From the IMG/VR virus record IMGVR_UViG_3300045988_172839, positions 96,001 through 160,000 of that record: a stretch of 64,000 nt of DNA; one strand, given 5' to 3'. Both the position numbers and the translations under genes were made by a program. The stretch comes from a virus. This document shows positions 44,388 through 53,751 of the stretch, in pieces; position 1 is the stretch's first letter, and each line of letters opens with the position of its first letter. Under the pieces are notes generated by a model that saw only the letters and a program-made list of their open reading frames with translations, ran no database searches and had not been told where the DNA came from.

Positions 44388-44864
44388 TCAATCTAAAACC
44401 ATATCAAATTTAAACCCATAAAACTTAGTCAGTATAACAGAAATTAAAACATCTAGTTCCATTTCAAACTGTTGTGATAAAGGTATTGAAACCTTCTCTT
44501 CAATCGAAATTGGAAGTTCATCACAAGAAAGATACCCTCTCATGGTTTTATAGGGAACCAACTCAAACCCTTGAGTCTGACATTTGAAGAATTGAATAAC
44601 TCGAACTGAAGTTAGTTTCTTCTCAGTAAACTTAATTTCCACATGAAAGTTCTCCGTAGTTTTAACAACTATTTGGGTCTTCCCTACAAAATTTACCTCA
44701 GTCACATTTAGAAAAGGTACTAAACGCAAAAGAAGTTCTTCTGTCAGAGTCCACTCTCCTCTTTGTATAGAATAAGCAATAAAAGAGTCTCTGTTGAAAA
44801 TATAAGGGTTGTAGGGAAAAGTAACCCCATCTGACACAACTAATAAACCATCTTTTGAATACAT
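44388..44864 (-). CDS. hypothetical protein
   Basis: likely start ATG 44864 (MYSKDGLLVV) with GAGG RBS; not obviously part of the family. Confidence 0.55.
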   Translation of the reverse strand: MYSKDGLLVVSDGVTFPYNPYIFNRDSFIAYSIQRGEWTLTEELLLRLVPFLNVTEVNFVGKTQIVVKTTENFHVEIKFTEKKLTSVRVIQFFKCQTQGFELVPYKTMRGYLSCDELPISIEEKVSIPLSQQFEMELDVLISVILTKFYGFKFDMVLD

Positions 44865-44872
44865 CTTAAACC

Positions 44873-45310
44873 TCAGTCTTTCCACTCAAGAAAGGTATTG
44901 TTTTGAGAAACTAAACATAAAGCAGTATACAAGTTTATAAAACGCTCTTTAGAGGAAATAGAATCAATGATAAGGTCTAAATCTCCCCACGTGATACACT
45001 TATCTGATAAGTCTATAAATAATGTAAATGCGTTTGAGTTATCTGGTTTACCTTTAAAGTAAGACCAACCTCTCATCACATAAGCGTCAGAATCAGAATC
45101 TAGCTCAATGTAAAAATAATAAGCATCTCTACCCTCACAAAATAAACTAACATAAAGTCTGTTTACATCTTGAATATAAGAGTAAGTATATTTCTGATTA
45201 TTTAAAGGAAGTTTCCCATCTTTATGATGTGTAAGTTTAGGTAAGTCTTCCAGTAAACCGTTAATTACTGTCCCAAAGCGACATAGCTCTTCAGATGTTA
45301 AATTCATCAA
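44873..45310 (-). CDS. small paralog family, group 3 member (close paralog of 43950..44372)
   Basis: see 43950..44372. Confidence 0.7.
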   Translation of the reverse strand: MMNLTSEELCRFGTVINGLLEDLPKLTHHKDGKLPLNNQKYTYSYIQDVNRLYVSLFCEGRDAYYFYIELDSDSDAYVMRGWSYFKGKPDNSNAFTLFIDLSDKCITWGDLDLIIDSISSKERFINLYTALCLVSQNNTFLEWKD

Positions 45311-45720
45311 TCTACCTCCATCATTAACTCTTTCAAAGCATTTAAAAGTACACGTGCCATCTCATCAGAACTTATAAACTCAATTAAATCTTCGAACTTA
45401 CTCAAATTCTTTGTTTTAAACTCTTCATAGTTTAACTTAAATCGAACCTCTTGATACTCACCATCTTTTGTGTAACCTTTACGGATGCTTCGGCAATAGA
45501 CATAATCGTCTTCAAGGTCGAAATTTAAAACATGCTCTCTACCTACATTATAAGTATACAAAGTAAGCTCAATTTCAGAACCCTCTCTCAGAAAGCGAAA
45601 CTCATAAATAAGTGAAGTGTCAAAAACTACCCCATATTCATAAGGTTCTCTATCCCACTCTTTACGCAGAAAATTTACTAAATAATCATTTAATGCTTGT
45701 CTATTTTTCGTTAAAGTCAT
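45307..45720 (-). CDS. small paralog family, group 3 member
   Basis: start ATG 45720 (MTLTKNRQALNDYLVNFL) with GAGGT RBS; C-terminus ARVLLNALKELM. Confidence 0.6.
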   Translation of the reverse strand: MTLTKNRQALNDYLVNFLRKEWDREPYEYGVVFDTSLIYEFRFLREGSEIELTLYTYNVGREHVLNFDLEDDYVYCRSIRKGYTKDGEYQEVRFKLNYEEFKTKNLSKFEDLIEFISSDEMARVLLNALKELMMEVD

Positions 45721-45722
45721 CT

Positions 45723-46232
45723 CTATACCTCGCAAAAATCATGAATATTTGTAAACAATTTAGGTAAACCTTTATAAAAAGCATCAAGCACCTCAGATTT
45801 CTGAATAGCACTCAATAAAACCATCAATTCAGAGTGTTTAACTTCAGTAACACTAATTTGCTTAGCTAAATGATTTTGAGGTCTTCCTCTATAACAAGGA
45901 ACACTCAAACCTGAAAAACTAGGAGAAAAACCAATGCCTGTACCATTTACCTGCGTACTTGAAGATACCACTTCTTCACTTAAAGTTAAACGATGTACTA
46001 AAGTATTAGTGCCTTTCCGATAAACATCAAAGTTTAAATCAACTAATAATGTATTCTCCAAAGGCATAAACATATTTGAAAATTCTACATTGTATAAAAA
46101 ATTACCTTCAGCACTAAACTGAATATCATATCCCATAAATGTATCAAAATGCTTATCTAACTGTTTATATAACTTATCTAATGCCTGTAAGCAAAAATCT
46201 AACTTTTCTACTCTTGAAACTCGAACACCCAT
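45723..46232 (-). CDS. small paralog family, group 3 member
   Basis: PCYRGRPQNH and VLDAFYKGLPKLF match 46740 (PFFRGKPKEW, VLNAFYLGLPEIL) and 47705 (LPYSRGKALD). Confidence 0.7.
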   Translation of the reverse strand: MGVRVSRVEKLDFCLQALDKLYKQLDKHFDTFMGYDIQFSAEGNFLYNVEFSNMFMPLENTLLVDLNFDVYRKGTNTLVHRLTLSEEVVSSSTQVNGTGIGFSPSFSGLSVPCYRGRPQNHLAKQISVTEVKHSELMVLLSAIQKSEVLDAFYKGLPKLFTNIHDFCEV

Positions 46233-46270
46233 AATGTCAACCTCATTTATTTAATCAACTAACTAAACAG

Positions 46271-46702
46271 TTACATAAACTTCATGTACTGCAAACCTTC
46301 TAAGTAAGCTAAAACCTGCTCATCAGTTAAAGAGTTAACTACTTCTACAATATCAGAACGACTAAACTCTTTCGTATAGTTTATGGATGTAACATCTACA
46401 ACACTAGAACTTCTCCCACCTACATCATACTTAAATGCTTTAAAACTATACAACAAATCCCCAGCTTCAATCATTTGTAAACCAATAATTAAACTACAAT
46501 GTTGTTTCCAACGTTTACGCGTGTATAGAGTAAAAGAAATAGATAAATTTGTATAATTCTCAGTGATACCCCACCCAAAAGTTAAACGATCATTTACCTC
46601 AACCATAGGAGGAACTTCCGGAAACACAGTCGATTGAATGTGTAAACCTCTAATCATATTATCCAAAACTTCTACTAATTGTGTTCTATCTTTATAAGAC
46701 AT
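46271..46702 (-). CDS. small paralog family, group 3 member
   Basis: YKDRTQLVEVLDNMIRGL N-terminus, VLAYLEGLQYM C-terminus. Confidence 0.6.
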   Translation of the reverse strand: MSYKDRTQLVEVLDNMIRGLHIQSTVFPEVPPMVEVNDRLTFGWGITENYTNLSISFTLYTRKRWKQHCSLIIGLQMIEAGDLLYSFKAFKYDVGGRSSSVVDVTSINYTKEFSRSDIVEVVNSLTDEQVLAYLEGLQYMKFM

Positions 46703-46739
46703 ATTTTAAACCTCATTTACTTAAATCGTGACCTTTATC

Positions 46740-47237
46740 TTATTCAAACCTTAAATCAGGAAGTTTCTTAACTTTATTCAAAATCTCTGGTAAACCTAAA
46801 TAAAACGCGTTTAAAACTGCATTAGATTGGATACCCTCGGCAATGAGTCTAGGTGCAAACAAAGCCAAAGTATCACTAGACATAGAACCAACTCTTTCCC
46901 ACTCTTTAGGTTTTCCTCTGAAGAAAGGACTACTATAACCAAAATAAGTATCTGAGTTAGCTGAAGGTTCAATAGCTAACCAAATGCGATGTTGTATAAG
47001 GTAAGAAGATTTACTCACAACTTCAATACTAACCTCCCCTGCATCATTATTACCTTTATTTGGTTCAGTAAGTGTAACTTTTAAGAAATGAGTAGAATTT
47101 ACATCCAATGCCAGATCATACTGTGGAGAGCCGATGTAGTTTCGTTTAAATTCCTTATTTCTAAGTTTTATAACATAAACTGCTAATTGCTCTAAACTTT
47201 TAATACAAACCTCTTGCTTTTCTTGTTTTGTTACCAT
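46740..47237 (-). CDS. small paralog family, group 3 member
   Basis: see 45723..46232. Confidence 0.7.
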   Translation of the reverse strand: MVTKQEKQEVCIKSLEQLAVYVIKLRNKEFKRNYIGSPQYDLALDVNSTHFLKVTLTEPNKGNNDAGEVSIEVVSKSSYLIQHRIWLAIEPSANSDTYFGYSSPFFRGKPKEWERVGSMSSDTLALFAPRLIAEGIQSNAVLNAFYLGLPEILNKVKKLPDLRFE

Positions 47238-47257
47238 AAGTTAAACCTCTTATCTCT

Positions 47258-47701
47258 TTACGGATTGCGCAACGGAATCTTGTTTAAAGCTATTTTGAAA
47301 GCTTTTGCATGTGATTTAGGCATAGATTCTACAAGTTTCTGTACTTCTTCCTCAGATATCTCAGATTCATAAACCTTAACATACGATTTATCGTGGTCAA
47401 ATTCCCCAAATCGTGTAAATGGAAAAGTACCATAATCGAAAGTACAACCCATGTTGTAATTTAAACCTACAAACAACTTTCTAACTGGTTGTTTAGTTGT
47501 TTGAGAAAGCAAGGTCACATGCAAAGAAACGTTACTGTTTTGATGGTTCAGACTGTAAGCCACATGAAACCCACCTGAGACATCAAAGCCAATTAACCCA
47601 TTTATGTCAGTATAGGTACTAGGACTAAGTTCATAACCAACTTGTCTTAGTAGTAAGACCAACTCCTTTTGGTCTTTTGTTAAAATTGTCAACTCAAACA
47701 C
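47258..47701 (-). CDS. small paralog family, group 3 member
   Basis: TKDQKELVLLLRQV N-terminus, AKAFKIALNKI C-terminus; start is GTG 47701 or TTG 47692. Confidence 0.6.
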   Translation of the reverse strand: MFELTILTKDQKELVLLLRQVGYELSPSTYTDINGLIGFDVSGGFHVAYSLNHQNSNVSLHVTLLSQTTKQPVRKLFVGLNYNMGCTFDYGTFPFTRFGEFDHDKSYVKVYESEISEEEVQKLVESMPKSHAKAFKIALNKIPLRNP

Positions 47702-47704
47702 CTC

Positions 47705-48184
47705 TCAATCACTAAACATCTTATTGTATTCAATTAAACCACAAGCTCTTTCTAAGCACGCAACTAATGGAGTAAGCAAATTATCTCTTTTATAGCTTGT
47801 CAGAACCATCTGACGAATATATGTCTCAAATGGAAATTGTGTTGTGAAACTAACTTTCAAATCATCCAAAGCCTTACCTCTACTATAAGGCAAGCTTGTA
47901 AAAGCACAATAATCAATCGGATTGTTTGAAGTCTCTGGTATATAAGCAACTTCAAAACGATGTAAAGTCGCTCCCAGTGAAGTTAAAAGACTGATACCGA
48001 AAGTTATTGAGGTTTGAGTGCTACTAAACTCTATCAAACCTTTATAGTTTTCATACTCTTTTAACTCAAACAAAATTTCAAAAGGTTTTCTATCCTGAAA
48101 ACTTAAAGTGAGTTGGTTATGTATAAGTTGCAGTCTATTTACTATTCTGTCTAGTTTTTCTTCTTTGGATTGTCTTTTAATCAA
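47705..48184 (-). CDS. small paralog family, group 3 member
   Basis: TTG start with GAGG RBS; SKEEKLDRIVNRLQLI N-terminus, LPYSRGKALDD core. Confidence 0.6.
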   Translation of the reverse strand: MIKRQSKEEKLDRIVNRLQLIHNQLTLSFQDRKPFEILFELKEYENYKGLIEFSSTQTSITFGISLLTSLGATLHRFEVAYIPETSNNPIDYCAFTSLPYSRGKALDDLKVSFTTQFPFETYIRQMVLTSYKRDNLLTPLVACLERACGLIEYNKMFSD

Positions 48185-48194
48185 ACTATAAACC

Positions 48195-48647
48195 TCACAT
48201 TTCCTTCAAACTTGGGTACAACAAGTAAAGATACCCCAAAAGTGCTTTCCCTAAGTAATCATATTTCATAAACTCTAACAGACCAACCAAATCTTCAAGT
48301 CTGCCATTTGGAGAAACCTCAAAATGATTAACCTCAGTAATCTCACCTTTTGAATCGTAATGATGCACTTCTACAAAAACAACATAAGGTTCAGTCGGTT
48401 CAGTTAAAACATCTAAGTAATTTGTAACAACCAACTGGAAAGTCATCCGTTTACTTCGATTGTAAAAACGTAAATGGAGATTTGGGTTGCGTCTTGTAAT
48501 ATCGTTATAAATCGAACCGATAATCTTACCATCACTTGTCATAGGCATTTTTGGTAAGTGTTTATTCAACACTTTACTACTCAAAAAATCTTGAATCAAA
48601 GTATCTAAACCTAAACGCAAATGGCAAAACTCTTTGTCTGATAACAT
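48195..48647 (-). CDS. small paralog family, group 3 member
   Basis: likely start ATG 48647 (MLSDKEFCHLRLGLDTLI); C-terminus GKALLGYLYLLY. Confidence 0.55.
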   Translation of the reverse strand: MLSDKEFCHLRLGLDTLIQDFLSSKVLNKHLPKMPMTSDGKIIGSIYNDITRRNPNLHLRFYNRSKRMTFQLVVTNYLDVLTEPTEPYVVFVEVHHYDSKGEITEVNHFEVSPNGRLEDLVGLLEFMKYDYLGKALLGYLYLLYPSLKEM

Positions 48648-48813
48648 CTTTACTACCCCACTAAATTTCAAGCTACAACAAGCAATCAAAACTTCAATTT
48701 AATTCAAATCTTATAAATCAAGTTTACTACAAAAATTGAAAAATTGCAAGGATTTCACATAAGAAATTTTGATTAATTTGACAAGAATAAAAACAAAACA
48801 AAGCAATATAAAA

Positions 48814-48837
48814 GAGCAGTATAAAATTATACCACTC
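48814..48837 (-). terminator. intrinsic terminator ending the FEN/methyltransferase operon
   Basis: GAGTGGTATA-attt-TATACTGCTC then TTTTATATT. Confidence 0.55.
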
Positions 48838-48859
48838 CATTATGTGTAAGTTCAAAATC

Positions 48860-49327
48860 TCAATCTTCTAAGTCTAAATCTTTGTCTTCTGGACCAAGAA
48901 TACCGTAAGAAAGTAGAGCTTGCATGTGGTTCTGTACAAAATCTCGAACTTGAGGATGTTCTCTCTCTATTTCTTCAAATTCTTGGAACTGTAAGCTTGT
49001 AAGCACTCTCTCCGTTACAATACGCATGAAATTGAAAAACAATTCCTTTGTGATTTCATCTTTTGATAGACCAAAAAATTCAAGAGACTTGTCTTTATCA
49101 AATAAACCGATACCTTGTTTCAATAGAAGTTCAAAAATTGGATATAAATTCTCCCTAGGAATAGCAACAAAAGAAGTAGCAGACAAAGTATCATCTTCTG
49201 TTCCAAACAAAGAAAGTTCAACCACACCTTCTAAAGTATCTTTCTTTTTCAAAATGCTTTGGTTGAACTTCATAAGGTTCTTCAACACCTTATCTCGAAC
49301 AGTATGTCCAATTTCCATTCTTTCCAT
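48860..49327 (-). CDS. acidic protein family member (155 aa)
   Basis: EREHPQVRDFVQNHMQALLSY matches IQEHPELVDFLDSHMSSMVY of 58332..58838; acidic tail. Confidence 0.65.
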   Translation of the reverse strand: MERMEIGHTVRDKVLKNLMKFNQSILKKKDTLEGVVELSLFGTEDDTLSATSFVAIPRENLYPIFELLLKQGIGLFDKDKSLEFFGLSKDEITKELFFNFMRIVTERVLTSLQFQEFEEIEREHPQVRDFVQNHMQALLSYGILGPEDKDLDLED

Positions 49328-49855
49328 CTATCTGTCTTCACTTTCTATTTCTTCCTGATGAGCTACTTGGATTTCTGGTAAAACTTGTGGATACCCTACA
49401 ACTTCTCCTATTCTTAAATTCGCAACTGCTTCGTGACCTTCTACCAATGCTTGTTTCTTTTGGTACTGCTTAATCTTCATAGCAGTTCTATAACATGTAC
49501 CGAAATAAAGCTCTACATAATCTAACAAGGACACATAAACCATGCGAACACACTCATCATCCTTACCACAAGAAACAGTCGAGTTCCTAAAAATAGACAT
49601 AGACTGCTGAAAACCTACTGGTAAGACAACACCATCTTCTATCTCTGGGTAAACTACCTCAAAAAGTAAATCAACTAAGTACGTTTTATTACCTTTAGTA
49701 TCTCTATCAACCACTTTCCAAAGTAACTTATGTTCAACTAAATAATCAAAAGTTTCTAATAGAGAGTGTCGATTAAACTGTCCCTTCTTAGACTTAAACT
49801 CTTCCACACTTAACGACCCGTTCGCTAAGTTTTTAAATTCAGTTAAAACAGTCAC
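49328..49855 (-). CDS. hypothetical protein (175 aa)
   Basis: ATG ORF abutting its neighbours. Confidence 0.6.
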   Translation of the reverse strand: MTVLTEFKNLANGSLSVEEFKSKKGQFNRHSLLETFDYLVEHKLLWKVVDRDTKGNKTYLVDLLFEVVYPEIEDGVVLPVGFQQSMSIFRNSTVSCGKDDECVRMVYVSLLDYVELYFGTCYRTAMKIKQYQKKQALVEGHEAVANLRIGEVVGYPQVLPEIQVAHQEEIESEDR

Positions 49856-49888
49856 ACCAACACCTACCTTTACTACTTTCTGTTAACT

Positions 49889-52114
49889 TTAATCTTCTAA
49901 AGATTCATAAATTCGTTTAAATAAGACTTCCAAACAAGGAACTGCAATCGAGTTACCTGCTTGTTTGTATAACTGCAAATCTGATAAACCTGTCTCTTTT
50001 GCTTTTTGGTAGTCTTCGTAAGAGAACCCCATAAACTTCCAACACTCGCCGGGAGTCAGATACCGCATAGAATAAAAACCACTTAAAGGTTTCTGCTCTT
50101 CTGTCTGATTATCAGACAACATCAAAGCCAAATTGAACAATCCTTGAGGTTTGTTTACAATTTTCTCAGACAACCATAATACGTTTGGGTCTTTTGCAAG
50201 TTCTTCTCGTGTTGAAGAAAGACCACGCTCATATTCTACAAATGGACGAGCTAGAGGGTCACTTGCATCTGAAGGGTACAACTTAGACGGAACTTCACAA
50301 CCTACACCCTCTACAACTGTTTTAGGGTACTTATAGTCAGAAGCCAACATGCAGCTTACTTTCCCTGTCGGAAAAAGGCACTGAGTTCGCATTCCAATCG
50401 ACTCTTTAATGGTTGAAAGGTCTATGTCTTCTAAACCTTGTTCTTTCAATTTGTCGATTTTGTAATCAACTGGAACGTTAAAACGACCGAGGTAATGCAC
50501 GATACCCTTATCTCTTAACTCATAAGTAAAGCGGTCAATGTTATACTGCTTGTGCCACTTCTTTGTATCTAATTCACTACCTAACAAGGGAACCATAGTT
50601 GAACCATTATCAAATCCATTTGGAAAACGATACGGTTTATGTTTCCCTAAAATAGAGACTACGAAAATACGCTCTCTATTTTGAGGGAGTCCAAAGTCTT
50701 TTGCATTAAGGACTCCATAGTAGTTTGTATAACCTAAACCTCTCAAAAAGGAGAGCCAAGAGTGAAACCCATCTCGAAACTTAGCACTGTTTAGAGCCTT
50801 TACATTTTCTAATAACAAAACCTTTGGTTTCTTACCCTCAATCAATCGCTGACACTCCCATAAAAGAGAAGACGAAGTTCCTGAACCCTTTTCAAATCCA
50901 CGTTGTTTTCCTGCAGAACTTAAATCCGTACAGTTGTGTACAATACAGTTCTAAACAGTAAATGAATGATTATCTTTGACACTAATATCATAAACACTAG
51001 CTTTGTATGGAGTGTAACTAGCCGACTCTACGGATACCCAAACATAATCATCCTCAAAAATCATAGAGTTTGATTTAGTTTCCAAGTCACTAAACTCGAT
51101 ACGATAGTGTTCGTTGATAGACTCGCTAATTGTAAACGGTACTTTGTAAGCTTTCAACACTAACTGACTTATACCGTAGAACAATTCTTTACCTGTAACA
51201 AATAAAGTAGAGGTAAAATCTACGGTTTGTCCTGAGACCCTCTGGTAGCCCCATAGAAGCGCTCGAATTTGTTGTAAGGGTAAATCTACCCACTGAGATT
51301 GAAAATGCAATCTGTGCCGTTTTAAGGCGCTCTCACGCAAATAATTTACAAGAGCGCAATTTCGGATACGGAACTCAAGCTGTGAGTTACCTAGTTCTAA
51401 ACTTGAAGTATCAAACAACCCCTCAGTTAAGTCTCTTAATAAGTGATAATGTTTATTATCTACTTTCAAAATCAATTCTTCGCCCTTTACCATGAAAGGA
51501 TAAACAAGTAAGACACCTAATAAGCGCCAAAAATCTAAGTTCTCAAAATGGCTCTCTAGTGATGGATACCCTTGTGGGAGTTTAGACTCTGAGTTAATTG
51601 GAAACCCTAAGTAATCTGAGGTACTTAGCTCCCTCGCTTCTTTCCATTGTGGAGAGTTTAAACCCTCTTCAGATTTACTACGCACATAAAAGGGATGGTT
51701 TTCTGTGGTTGAAATATCTCTCGTAAGTTCTGAACTTACTGAAAATAAAGGCTTTAAACCTTGGTTATAAAAAGCAGTAACCTCTTTATATTCACCTGTG
51801 TGAGTTAAAACCGAGTCACCTACAACCACATTCTTAATAGGAACGTAACCTTTGTCTTTTACAAAGACTAAAGAATCTCCTGTGAAACAAGGGAAAGAGT
51901 AAGTAAACAAATCAAAATCTGGTAAATCCTCTGGCCACAACTTTGAAATGTCTCCAAAGTTAGGAGTTTCCCCATGAATAGCTTCATAAGCCTGATGGGC
52001 GAATTTGTCAATTTCGGATACACCGACTACTTCGTAATCAACACTTAAATTTCTCAGAGCCATGTGTTGAGAACCAACTCCTGCAAAGGCTTCGAACACT
52101 TTTAAATGTACCAT
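49889..52114 (-). pseudogene. DNA (cytosine-5) methyltransferase with an intein at the catalytic Cys and an in-frame TAG inside the intein
   Basis: N-extein MVHLKVFEAFAGVGSQ (motif I)...FTYSFP; intein CFTGDSLVFV...SVKDNHSFTV-TAG-NCIVHN; C-extein CTDLSSAGKQRGFEKGSGTSSSLLWE...LLLENVKAL...PQNRERIFVV...YKQAGNSIAVP. The two track ORFs 50951..52174 and 49889..50845 are in the same frame. Confidence 0.8.
50933..51889 (-). mobile_element. intein (318 codons plus one TAG) in the C5 methyltransferase
   Basis: Cys codon 51887-51889 starts CFTGDSLVFVKDKGYVPIKNV; the HN dipeptide ends at 50933-50935; +1 Cys codon at 50930-50932; TAG at 50951-50953. Confidence 0.75.
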
Positions 52115-52118
52115 ATTG

Positions 52119-52337
52119 TTAGCTAATCTCCTTTGTGAACATACCGCGAACTCCATCAAATCGACTGCCGACATTAGGGTATACTGCTACCAAGATTGTG
52201 TTTTCCTTCAATTCATCACTCGGAAACCCTTTATCTTGTAATCTGTTATAAGTACCAAAGGACACTCGATCTACTACCGTAAAGTCGAAACCTTTCTCTT
52301 CACCCTCCATTGGAGAGAAAATTAGTGTATATTTCAA
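52119..52337 (-). CDS. hypothetical protein (72 aa)
   Basis: ATG ORF; its last codons carry the AAGGAG RBS for the methyltransferase start at 52114. Confidence 0.55.
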   Translation of the reverse strand: MKYTLIFSPMEGEEKGFDFTVVDRVSFGTYNRLQDKGFPSDELKENTILVAVYPNVGSRFDGVRGMFTKEIS

Positions 52338-52351
52338 TTTCCACTCCTTTC

Positions 52352-53614
52352 TTAAATATGGATTTGGAACTTGAGAGCTTCAACAGTTAGTAAAGCTAAG
52401 TCCAACGGTGGAATGATATAATCAGCACCATATTCTAAAGGTTCTAACAGTCGATAAGGTTTTCTTCGGAGTTTTGGTTCGCGCATATTCAAGAAAGCTC
52501 CATTTAAGTTCATAGCTCTATATCTATCCTTAAACTGCTGACCTTCTTCCTCAGTTAAACCATGTTTCATCAAAACTGAAACCATTTGTTCAACCTTTTC
52601 AGTTGGTTCTTCAATCTTCACAAACCAATCTTTTGCTATAAACAAAGGAGAGAGACCTTCAGTTGAAAAAGGAACTTCGGCTAGACTAGGTAGAGTGTAT
52701 CTGTCAACTTGGCGCTTATACGGAAGTGTTGGATACCGCTTGCCTGTTGGCTTGTGTTCATAGAAGACTTCACAAGGTTCGTATCGAAACTCTTTGAAAT
52801 CCTCTTCCTCTGCGACTTTCTGTAATAAGTCAACCAAGCGTTTTGGTTTTCGATAGAACCCTTTCATACAAGGAATTGTATCAGAACTATCCCCACGGAT
52901 AATCTTAGTTGCTAACAAAGTGTTATAGTCTGCAAACCCACCTAACTTCTTAACAGAAGACTTACGCTCTAACATACGTTTATAAGTGCGAGGAGTAATT
53001 TGCTCGTAGTTGTTGAGTTCGGGATACCCTTGCTCTGAGTAAGTTTGAGTTGCTGGGTACATATAAACAGACACTTGTTCATCAACCAAAGGAATCATAT
53101 CCAAATCACCTGTCAACACACAAATTGGGTTATTTGGGTACTGAATTTTAGCAACTCTCACCGCTTCTGCAATCAAATCATCTGCTTCGTAATTGTCTTT
53201 CTTCAAAACACAAACACCAATTTTCTTCAGCAAAGTTAAACACAACTCTGCTGAGTTCCACCAATCTGGTGCTAACTTCGGACGACCTGATTTATAAGTT
53301 CCACCTTTACCCTCACGTTTCAATAAATCTTTCATATACTCTTTGCGAGACCAAATCTTAGAGTCAGCACAAACCACCATAGGGTTATATCCTGCTCCTG
53401 AAAGTCTGTTCGCAAAGAACTTCAACATTGCAGACAATACCGTAGTATCTACTACAACTGTTTCTGTATAAACAGACCCCATAGAGTCTAATCTCTCAAC
53501 TTCTACCTCCGCAGACAAAGTGACACCTTTGGCACGCATTCCTTGGAAATACTTATGGACTAAGTGGTTGAAATCCACCACCCATACGATTTTGGACATA
53601 TCTAAGTTATTCAT
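52352..53614 (-). CDS. 5'-3' exonuclease / flap endonuclease (PIN-like plus H3TH)
   Basis: VWVVDFNHLVHKYF, NYEADDLIAEAV, LTGDLDMIPLV and IIRGDSSDTIPCMKGF match conserved FEN / Pol I 5'-exonuclease blocks. Confidence 0.7.
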   Translation of the reverse strand: MNNLDMSKIVWVVDFNHLVHKYFQGMRAKGVTLSAEVEVERLDSMGSVYTETVVVDTTVLSAMLKFFANRLSGAGYNPMVVCADSKIWSRKEYMKDLLKREGKGGTYKSGRPKLAPDWWNSAELCLTLLKKIGVCVLKKDNYEADDLIAEAVRVAKIQYPNNPICVLTGDLDMIPLVDEQVSVYMYPATQTYSEQGYPELNNYEQITPRTYKRMLERKSSVKKLGGFADYNTLLATKIIRGDSSDTIPCMKGFYRKPKRLVDLLQKVAEEEDFKEFRYEPCEVFYEHKPTGKRYPTLPYKRQVDRYTLPSLAEVPFSTEGLSPLFIAKDWFVKIEEPTEKVEQMVSVLMKHGLTEEEGQQFKDRYRAMNLNGAFLNMREPKLRRKPYRLLEPLEYGADYIIPPLDLALLTVEALKFQIHI

Positions 53615-53677
53615 CTTATTTTTCTTTCTAACTAATCGTTTTCTAAACTACCGGTTGTTTTCCGTTCAATAGTGTAT

Positions 53678-53706
53678 ATTATATCATAAAAATCGAGAAT
53701 TTTCAA
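53678..53706 (-). promoter_or_regulatory. sigma-A-type promoter of the FEN/methyltransferase operon
   Basis: TTGAAA-17-(TGa)TATAAT. Confidence 0.6.
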
Positions 53707-53719
53707 GTCGGATACCACT

Positions 53720-53743
53720 AAAAGAAAAGGAGCAACCGCTCCT
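53720..53743 (-). terminator. intrinsic terminator
   Basis: AGGAGC-ggtt-GCTCCT then TTTCTTTT. Confidence 0.65.
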
Positions 53744-53751
53744 TATGTAAT

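Noticed and set aside
42497-52114. Stop-codon reassignment (TAG or TAA read as sense) to explain the two interrupted methyltransferases
   Set aside because: Only two of about 90 genes have an in-frame stop, and the two stops differ (TAA and TAG). All other ORFs end cleanly at TAA, TAG or TGA followed by RBS/start or terminators, so a recoded genetic code is not supported. Local readthrough cannot be excluded.
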